64,000 nucleotides of DNA, from positions 13,621-77,620 of the forward strand of contig LCMB01000005.1 of NCBI GenBank assembly GCA_001002415.1, in the 5' to 3' direction. Origin of the DNA: Microgenomates group bacterium GW2011_GWF2_46_18. GTDB taxonomy: Bacteria > Patescibacteriota > Microgenomatia > UBA1400 > UBA12108. The translations under genes and the position numbers were made by a program. How positions within the stretch are numbered: position 1 is the first letter of the stretch; each line of letters opens with the position of its first letter. The notes beneath the pieces are model-generated. The model was not told where the DNA came from. It ran no database searches and saw nothing but the letters and a program-made list of their open reading frames with translations. Shown here one piece after another: positions 57,178-64,000 of the stretch.

Positions 57178-58348
57178 TACTACTGCCCAACTTCTCACCA
57201 AATTTTTTGGTGCCGGTCTCACTCTGCTCACCACCTATTTTACGATTCGCCTAGCCGGGCTCGAACTCTACGGCGACCTCACCAAAATTCTCGTTCTCGT
57301 TGCCGTTGGTTTTACCATTATCGATTTTGGCCTCAACGCCGAAGCCGTTCGCTCCTCTTTGACCCCAACCGAGCTTCTCTCTCATCTCCAGACCGTCTTT
57401 CTTTCCCGCCTTTTCCTTTCTTTCTTGGCAATTATCTCCCTCAATCTCGTTATTGCCTTTCTCCCCGGCGGTTACTCTCCGGCCGTAAAATCGGTTTTTT
57501 GGCTAGGGAGCCTTGCCATTATTTTTCAAGGCGTCTATACCTCCGGCAATGCCTATTTTCAAGCCAGGCTTTTGCTCTGGCGCTCAGCTCTTTCGGTGAT
57601 TGTGGGTTCTCTTTTTGGTGCCCTTCTCACTTTTTATTACTTAAAATACTCTCCCACTCTCCCTCATTTGGTTCTCGCCAATACTCTTGGTTATCTTGTC
57701 ATGGCAATCTGTTCTATTCTCCTTCTCCCCTCACTAACATCTAAAGGCTGGCGTCTAACTTCTATATTTCCTTTCCTTCGCCGCTCTCTCACTCTCGGCT
57801 TGATTCTAATTGCCAGTGTCCTCGCCAGCAAAATTGACACAATTATCCTCGGAGTTTTTCGCTCTTCTTATGAGGTCGGCGAATACGGACTGTCTTATCG
57901 AATCTTTGATGTTTTCCTGGTCCTTCCCGTCTTCGTAATGAATGCTGTCTATCCTTTCTTAGTCAAAGCCAAAACCAAGGGATCATCCTCGGCTTTGATT
58001 AGCCAAACTACCAAAAGCATGGTTGTTCTGGGTGTCGGCGCTGCTATTTTTCTCTATCTTGCCGCCCCCTTTGTCGGCTATCTAAAGCCTGGGCTTATTC
58101 TTGCCCCTCACGTTTTACGCCTCTTATCCCTTTCTCTCCCACTTTTCTATGTGACTGCTCCCTTGATGTGGGGGCTCATCGCTCTTCGTCGCGACAAACA
58201 GGTCCTCCAAATCTACCTTGCCGCTGCCATTCTCAATGGTTTTCTAAATCTTATCTTTATTCCCCTCTTTGGCCCTTTGGCCGCCGCCATAATTACCGGC
58301 CTCACAGAGTTATTTATTCTCCTGTCTCTGTTATACTTCTCTCGATGA
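57155..58348 (+). CDS. Wzx-like polysaccharide flippase
   Basis: DFGL, KIDTIIL, VGEYGLSYRI and LNLIFIP.FG motifs. Confidence 0.85.
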   Translation: MFRTIASNTTAQLLTKFFGAGLTLLTTYFTIRLAGLELYGDLTKILVLVAVGFTIIDFGLNAEAVRSSLTPTELLSHLQTVFLSRLFLSFLAIISLNLVIAFLPGGYSPAVKSVFWLGSLAIIFQGVYTSGNAYFQARLLLWRSALSVIVGSLFGALLTFYYLKYSPTLPHLVLANTLGYLVMAICSILLLPSLTSKGWRLTSIFPFLRRSLTLGLILIASVLASKIDTIILGVFRSSYEVGEYGLSYRIFDVFLVLPVFVMNAVYPFLVKAKTKGSSSALISQTTKSMVVLGVGAAIFLYLAAPFVGYLKPGLILAPHVLRLLSLSLPLFYVTAPLMWGLIALRRDKQVLQIYLAAAILNGFLNLIFIPLFGPLAAAIITGLTELFILLSLLYFSR

Positions 58349-58752
58349 CTCAACTACTTCTCCAGACAGATGGTGGTTCCCGTGGCAACCCAGGGCCCGC
58401 CGCCTATGGTTTTGTCGTCAAAGACTCTGCGGGGAATCTTCTGGAAAAATGCGGTAATTATCTTGGGTTAGCAACTAACAACCAGGCTGAATATGCTGGC
58501 CTGCTCGCTGGTCTCCACTGGGTGATCGATCATTATCCCACCTCCGCTCTCACCATCCAAATGGATTCTCTTTTAATTGTTAACCAACTTAAGGGCCTTT
58601 TCAAAGTCAAACATCCCGATCTTATCCCCAAATATCAAGAGGCGAGGGGACTTCTTAGCCAATTATCCTCTTGGTCTATTCACCACATCCCTCGTAGCCA
58701 AAATGCCCTCGCCGATTCTCTGCTTAACACCGTGCTCGATTCTCAGTCGTAA
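58345..58752 (+). CDS. rnhA: Ribonuclease HI
   Basis: TDGGSRGNPGPA, TNNQAEY, DSLLIVNQ and HIPRSQNALAD motifs. Confidence 0.92.
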   Translation: MTQLLLQTDGGSRGNPGPAAYGFVVKDSAGNLLEKCGNYLGLATNNQAEYAGLLAGLHWVIDHYPTSALTIQMDSLLIVNQLKGLFKVKHPDLIPKYQEARGLLSQLSSWSIHHIPRSQNALADSLLNTVLDSQS

Positions 58753-59000
58753 CAATTTTCCTTCAAAGTTATAGGTCCAAAATATTCTTGATATTGATGA
58801 TGCGTGAAATTGATAGTGCCAGAACCAAAAAACGTGGAAAAAACGTATACACATAAAATAGGGGAGAATTAACCACCAAAACCCAAGAACAAAAGCGACT
58901 AAAAAAGAGTAAATACGCAAACTATTATTCTCACTGGTTTAGTATAGGATAGAAAAGTCAGTGGGTGTACCGTGCTCTTCGTACCATGTACAATTACCGT

Positions 59001-61691
59001 ATGCCCAATCCTGTTTACTCTGTCGAAACTCGTTCCTCTGGTTGTCTGCTGGTTGCCCATCCTTCCCCCCTCGTTGACGCCGTCGCCAAAATTCTTACCC
59101 AGCACTCTCTTTCTCCTCTAGTTATCTCCCCTCATCCTGGTCATAATTCTGCCGAACTCAAAACCTATCTTTCCACCTACGATTTAGATTATTTGTTAAT
59201 TTTTTCCCCTCCTTCTGCCTCCTTCTTTGCCCAGCTACCAGGGGAGGGGAGTTATACAACACTTTCGCTAAATCACGCTGTTTCCTCAGCTCCCCGTCAA
59301 TTAGTCTTGGGTGAATATCTCTCACCTGGTAATTGCCCAACCCTCGATGATTTTCTTCAAGAAGCACTTGAGCAGGGGAGTATTACCCTTCCCGAAGGAG
59401 GACTGCTTGATTATGGTTTGTTGACGATAACCTCACTCGCCCAAGCTATTTGTCAATCTTTGCTCGCTCCTCGCTTTCCCTCCTCCGAATTAATCTTGAC
59501 CAACCCTTCTCCCACCTCTCTTCTCTCACTTGCCCAATCACTCTTACCTCTTCTCCCTCGTCCCGCCAAGATAATTTTTGCCGAAAAAAATCTCTCTCTT
59601 CCGACCCATGATTATCCTAGCCTTATCAAAACCTATTCCACTTTAAACTTAGCTCTGGAGCCAGATATTTCTTCTGCTCTATCCTCTTACGTCAAACAAT
59701 TTACTCACGCTAAACCCGCTTCCTCTCCCTCCATTCCCCCTCAACCATCCGCCTCGCTCCCCCCTTCGCCGGTTCTCCCCAAACCAATAACCCCTCGTCC
59801 CACTCTCTCCAATCTGGAATTTGTTCCAGTTGCCGCTTCTCTGATTCCTCGCGCCCGCCGCCTTTCCCTCCCTTCTCATCGCAAAATTATTCTCCGCGGT
59901 ATTATTATCGCTTTAGCTCTATATCTTGGTACGTTTGCTTTTACCCTGACTATGGTAGGCCTTCATCTCCGCACCATCTCCTCGTCTTTTGCTTCCGGCT
60001 CTTTGCCTTCCTTGACTGTTTCCCCCCTGGTTTCTGCTTCTGCGACTTATCTCGAAGCCAACTTAGTAACCCTCGGCCTTTTGCCTCCTTTTAGCCAGAT
60101 CTCCTCCTACCAAGATCTCCTTACCCTAACTTCTGCCTACACCCATTCCTTAACGGTTCTCAAATCTGCCTCAACTCTAACCGACTCCGCCACCTCTCTC
60201 GCCAATTATATTTTAGGTTCAGACAATGGTGACCCAGTTGCTCTTATTAGTTCCACTCGTCTCCAATCCGAAACCCTCTATCAACAACTCGCTCTTCTTG
60301 ATGGAATGTTGCCTCCAGATCCACCCCCCCTCTTAACTTCTCGTCAAGAGTCCTACCAATCTCTCAAATCCGGCCTTTTTACGGCCAAAAAAGCCCTTCT
60401 AACTACCAAGGCAGCTCTAGCCTCCCTCCCCGAACTGATTGCCCTCGGCAAACGCGCCAAGTACCTGGTTTTATTCCAAAACAACATGGAACTTCGTGCG
60501 ACCGGTGGTTTCATCGGCAGTTTTGCCATCCTCTCTTTCGAAAACGGACGCCTCTACGATTTTCCCATCTACGATGTTTACCAGGCCGATGGTCAACTTA
60601 AAGGTCACGTTGAACCTCCTCTTCCCATCAAAAATATTCTCGGCGAAGCCAACTGGTATTTACGTGACAGCAACTTTGATCCCGACTTCCCAACTAGTGC
60701 CAGGCGCGCTGAGTGGTTTTTGAATAAAACCCTCAACCAAGAAGTTGCCGGGACTATTGGCTTAACTCTTGATGCCATGCGCTCTCTCCTTCAATTAACC
60801 GGGCCACTCAAACTTGCTGATTATCAAGAAACAATCGGGGAGGGGAATGTCTACGAACGCGCCCAATATCATGCCGAAGTCAATTTTTTCCCCGGTAGCA
60901 CCGCCAAAAAAGAATTTTTAAGCAGTGTCGGGGATGCCATTTTTACCGCTCTTCGTGAACCCGCTCGCGTTAACTCTCTGCAACTTCTAAGTACTCTCTC
61001 TATCCTCCTCGAATCCAAAAATCTTCAGCTTTCCCTCTCTTTGCCCGAGCTCGACCGAGTCTGGCAAACTCTCAATTGGAATGGCGCTATCCAACCTGCT
61101 TCCTGCCCATCAGATGTTTCCTGTGTCAGTGATTACGCTTTTTTGGTAGATAGTAACTTTGGAGTCAACAAAAGCAATTATTACCTCTCACGGCAGCTCT
61201 TCCTCGATATTGAAATCACCAAGGAGCAAACGATCAACCACACTTTCCGTGCCGTTTATCAAAATACCGCCACTTCCACCGCTTGGCCGGCCGGCATCTA
61301 CAAAAACTATCTTCGGCTCTATTTGCCGAAAGGTGCCCAGATTTATACTGTCACCCTGGGTGACAAAACCTACACCAGCAAAGATTATACTGTTACCCAA
61401 GAACACGGCAAGCTCGTCCTAGGTCTTTTGGCCGCAATTCCCGTTAATTCTAGTCTCACCTTCACTGCTACCTATACTACTCCCGGCCACCCCGAGTCAA
61501 ACTCTCTTTATACGTGGTACTGGCAAAAGCAGGCGGGTACTCCCGTTACCGAACCCCTTGCTGTTACCCTCAACTATCCTCTCTATCTCAAGCCAACAAC
61601 CCTCTCTCCCGCTCCCGCCAGTAACGAGGCCCAACAACTTCAATTTAATCTTTTCAATGACTCCGATCATCGGCTCAGCATCAAATTTTAA
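59001..61691 (+). CDS. DUF4012-type membrane protein with a degenerate N-terminal domain
   Basis: TM segment, YLVLFQNNMELRATGGFIGS, RDSNFDPDFP, N.GVNKSN and YKNYLRLYLPKG. Confidence 0.8.
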   Translation: MPNPVYSVETRSSGCLLVAHPSPLVDAVAKILTQHSLSPLVISPHPGHNSAELKTYLSTYDLDYLLIFSPPSASFFAQLPGEGSYTTLSLNHAVSSAPRQLVLGEYLSPGNCPTLDDFLQEALEQGSITLPEGGLLDYGLLTITSLAQAICQSLLAPRFPSSELILTNPSPTSLLSLAQSLLPLLPRPAKIIFAEKNLSLPTHDYPSLIKTYSTLNLALEPDISSALSSYVKQFTHAKPASSPSIPPQPSASLPPSPVLPKPITPRPTLSNLEFVPVAASLIPRARRLSLPSHRKIILRGIIIALALYLGTFAFTLTMVGLHLRTISSSFASGSLPSLTVSPLVSASATYLEANLVTLGLLPPFSQISSYQDLLTLTSAYTHSLTVLKSASTLTDSATSLANYILGSDNGDPVALISSTRLQSETLYQQLALLDGMLPPDPPPLLTSRQESYQSLKSGLFTAKKALLTTKAALASLPELIALGKRAKYLVLFQNNMELRATGGFIGSFAILSFENGRLYDFPIYDVYQADGQLKGHVEPPLPIKNILGEANWYLRDSNFDPDFPTSARRAEWFLNKTLNQEVAGTIGLTLDAMRSLLQLTGPLKLADYQETIGEGNVYERAQYHAEVNFFPGSTAKKEFLSSVGDAIFTALREPARVNSLQLLSTLSILLESKNLQLSLSLPELDRVWQTLNWNGAIQPASCPSDVSCVSDYAFLVDSNFGVNKSNYYLSRQLFLDIEITKEQTINHTFRAVYQNTATSTAWPAGIYKNYLRLYLPKGAQIYTVTLGDKTYTSKDYTVTQEHGKLVLGLLAAIPVNSSLTFTATYTTPGHPESNSLYTWYWQKQAGTPVTEPLAVTLNYPLYLKPTTLSPAPASNEAQQLQFNLFNDSDHRLSIKF

Positions 61692-61744
61692 CCAGATCTG
61701 TTATAATTCACTCGTTATAGTCATATAGTTACTTAGGGAGATTT

Positions 61745-62446
61745 ATGTCCAACTACGCTCTTACCGCTCAAAAACGTACTGCCACTGGTCGCAAAGTCAA
61801 AGCCCTTCGCCGTGATGGGATTATTCCCGCCAATATTTTCGGCAAGAAAATCACCTCTCAGAGCATTCAAGTCGCCGCCAAACCCCTAGTTGAAACTCTC
61901 AAAAAAGCCGGTGAAACCGCACTAATCAATCTTACCGTCGAAGGCGACAAAGCCGCTCACCCCGTGCTTATTTCTGGCTACTCTCAAAATCCCGTGACCA
62001 ACGCGCTTTTACACGTGGATTTCCACGAAGTTGACTTGACTGTCAAGACTACCGCCATGGTTCCCCTTAAGGCCATCGGCGAAGCTCCCGCCATCGCCGC
62101 TGGTAACATTCTGGTTATGCTCAAAAATGAGGTTGAAGTCGAAGCACTCCCGGCCGATCTCCCCGATATCATTGAAGTGGACGTTACCTCTCTAGCCGAG
62201 GTCGGTGCCCACATCCTAGCCAAAGATCTCAAATTTGATCGAACCAAAGTTAAATTAGACCTTGAGGATGAGGAACAAATCGTTGTCATTCAAGAACCCG
62301 CCAAAGAACCAGAACCCGTGGTAGTCGCCGAAGAAGCTCCCGCCGAAGGTGAAGCTGCTCCCGCCGAAGGTGAGGGAACCAAACCCGCCGAAGGTGAAGC
62401 CGCTAAGCCAGAAGATAAAAAAGAAGAACCTAAGGCTGAAAAATAA
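61745..62446 (+). CDS. rplY: 50S ribosomal protein L25/Ctc
   Basis: LRRDGIIPANIFG, HVDFHEV and EALPADLP; acidic PAEGE tail. Confidence 0.94.
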   Translation: MSNYALTAQKRTATGRKVKALRRDGIIPANIFGKKITSQSIQVAAKPLVETLKKAGETALINLTVEGDKAAHPVLISGYSQNPVTNALLHVDFHEVDLTVKTTAMVPLKAIGEAPAIAAGNILVMLKNEVEVEALPADLPDIIEVDVTSLAEVGAHILAKDLKFDRTKVKLDLEDEEQIVVIQEPAKEPEPVVVAEEAPAEGEAAPAEGEGTKPAEGEAAKPEDKKEEPKAEK

Positions 62447-62918
62447 GGTTATTGGGGTCTAGTATTCTTGCCTGCTCCCAGTATTCTTGCGCCGCCTCCT
62501 CGTTGCCAATTGCTCGATACAACCTAGCTATTTCCAGCAATATATCTGGATATTCTGGGTAATCTTGCAGTTTTTCCTTTAGTTCCTGAATTCTTTTTTC
62601 CACTTTTCTCTCTGGGTATGCTTGATCCTCTAACTCTGTCTCCACCCCCAACACTTCTTGAGTTTGATTATTGATTATTGGTGTTTGGTTATTCCACAAT
62701 TCTCTGGCCGTGGCATAATCACCAACACTTGCTGCTTTTTCAATCATTTCCCAGTTGTTTTTTGCCCCTGCCGTACTGTCTTTCCCGCCAACTCTCGACA
62801 AAACCAAAACCAGGGCAACCAAGCCCAATCCTAAATATGGCCAGGGTAGGGGATTTTTCCCCGCTACCCTCCCCCCGTATTTTTCCAAACTCCGCCAAAA
62901 ACCCATCTGTTTCTTCAC
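62430..62918 (-). CDS. Membrane-anchored TPR protein
   Basis: TM segment plus C-terminal TPR (LARLY...A..LDPNN-like). GTG start with TATACT 6 nt upstream. Confidence 0.7.
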   Translation of the reverse strand: MKKQMGFWRSLEKYGGRVAGKNPLPWPYLGLGLVALVLVLSRVGGKDSTAGAKNNWEMIEKAASVGDYATARELWNNQTPIINNQTQEVLGVETELEDQAYPERKVEKRIQELKEKLQDYPEYPDILLEIARLYRAIGNEEAAQEYWEQARILDPNNLIFQP

Positions 62919-62958
62919 CTCTTGAGTATATCAGCTAATGTCGGTGTATCATTCAACT

Positions 62959-63852
62959 ATGCTTTCTAAGCGCTTGTTAGCCATTCTTACTCTTTTATTC
63001 CTTGGTTTGGGATTTGCCAGTATGGGGGTAGCATCACGATGGATGAATGAGGGTTTTGGAAATTTTACTCAAGTTTTTCTTCGAGTTTTGGGCGCCTTCA
63101 TTCTCATTACCATCATTTTTTGGCGCGACATCTCGTGGCGTAAAATCTTTCGCCTGGGTCTTCGCGACTGGCTAATTCTCCTGGCGATCGGTACCCTGGG
63201 ATACGCCGTGATGGTTTATACGATTACCAAAGCCGCTCTCCTTACTAATCTAGTTAGCGTTTCTGTTCTTTATTCAACGGTTCCTTTTTGGGTTTATTTC
63301 TATGGACTTGCTCTTTCTCGTCAAAAATTTTCGTGGTTTATCGCTGGTCTGCTCATTATTTCCTCTTGGGCCATCGGGATGATTGCATCTGGTAATTTAG
63401 TTCCTCACTTCGGTCAATTTGGCCTTGGAGAAATTTTAGCTCTCGCCGCCGCTGCGTTCGATGCCGTCTGGTATATGGGGATTAAACTCATGGAAGGAAA
63501 ACTTAATTCGCGAGAAATTACCGTGGTTGCCCTAGCTATAGCCTCCATTTCTACTTTTTTTATGCGCCAAATCCTAGGAGAACCTTTTAGTTTTTCCGCC
63601 TTTACCAACTGGCATGTAGTCGCCGCCCTCATTTTTGGCATCCTGCAAAATGGTTGGGTGACACCCCTTATGGCGTTTTCTCTAAAACACATCGATGAAG
63701 TTGTCGCCACTCAAATTCTGTTAGTTGAAAATATCTATGCTCTTTGCTGGGGATACTTCCTCTATGGCGAAACTATTGGTGTCATCCAAGCGCTTGGGGT
63801 AGCAATTATCATCACCAGTGTTTATCTCATGAACAAAATTCAAACATCTTAA
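62959..63852 (+). CDS. DMT/EamA family transporter
   Basis: About 10 TM segments in two repeats. Confidence 0.8.
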   Translation: MLSKRLLAILTLLFLGLGFASMGVASRWMNEGFGNFTQVFLRVLGAFILITIIFWRDISWRKIFRLGLRDWLILLAIGTLGYAVMVYTITKAALLTNLVSVSVLYSTVPFWVYFYGLALSRQKFSWFIAGLLIISSWAIGMIASGNLVPHFGQFGLGEILALAAAAFDAVWYMGIKLMEGKLNSREITVVALAIASISTFFMRQILGEPFSFSAFTNWHVVAALIFGILQNGWVTPLMAFSLKHIDEVVATQILLVENIYALCWGYFLYGETIGVIQALGVAIIITSVYLMNKIQTS

Positions 63853-64000
63853 CTATTTTTTCTTGTCGGGTAATTTCGTAAATGAATATTCCTTAAATCC
63901 TACCAAGCTAGGACATCCCTGAGCATACCTCACTAATTTGTTCTTCGTATCAAATATAAAAGCCGAGTAAGTATAAACTTTATCTTCTTCGGGGGTTGTA
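63853..64000 (-). CDS. C-terminal fragment of a gene entering from beyond the window
   Basis: Open frame ...VYTYSAFIFDTKNKLVRYAQGCPS...KKK-stop. Confidence 0.5.
   Translation of the reverse strand, partial: TTPEEDKVYTYSAFIFDTKNKLVRYAQGCPSLVGFKEYSFTKLPDKKK

Noticed and set aside
62330..62400. CCCGCCGAAGGTGA direct repeats
   Set aside because: They encode the ordinary low-complexity PAEGE tail of L25/Ctc.
268..63710. Many long antisense or alternate-frame ORFs in the track (e.g. 1176-1802, 4978-5727, 23033-23644, 46024-46614)
   Set aside because: They shadow well-supported genes, carry no recognisable motifs, and are expected from the strong compositional skew.
1..64000. Alternative genetic code (TGA read-through, as in Gracilibacteria/Absconditabacteria)
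   Set aside because: Conserved genes are full length under code 11, and TGA ends genes such as sufB, mvk and mvaD at the expected positions.

Overview
The window looks like chromosomal DNA from a Candidate Phyla Radiation (Patescibacteria) bacterium, probably Microgenomates-like. This is inferred from gene content and gene style, and the genes read in standard code 11. In order it holds: pentose-phosphate and glycolysis genes; a ferredoxin/FNR/DsbA cluster; a tsaC-tsaE fusion and tsaD; a Suf Fe-S operon; two tRNA-Ser genes with unusual anticodon loops; comF, tmRNA and smpB; a lower mevalonate pathway with uppS; an ECF sigma factor; a ~25 kb VirB2-like pilin array and T4SS-like locus (9 pilins, three predicted cell-wall hydrolases, VirB6-like, PrgI, VirB4); the dnaN-oriC-dnaA-rpmH-rnpA-yidD-yidC-jag region; and envelope genes with rplY. 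The main oddities are these. (1) A textbook oriC with DnaA boxes and DnaA-trios, across which the strong C>G skew does not flip. (2) A tRNA-Ser(ACT) paired with a C33 tRNA-Ser(GCT). (3) A ~115-120 nt covarying structured element present twice, each copy 14-15 nt past a stop codon. (4) -10 boxes 6-9 nt before most start codons, suggesting leaderless transcription. (5) Dispersed 7-bp-period repeats inside genes. All calls are by eye, without database searches.
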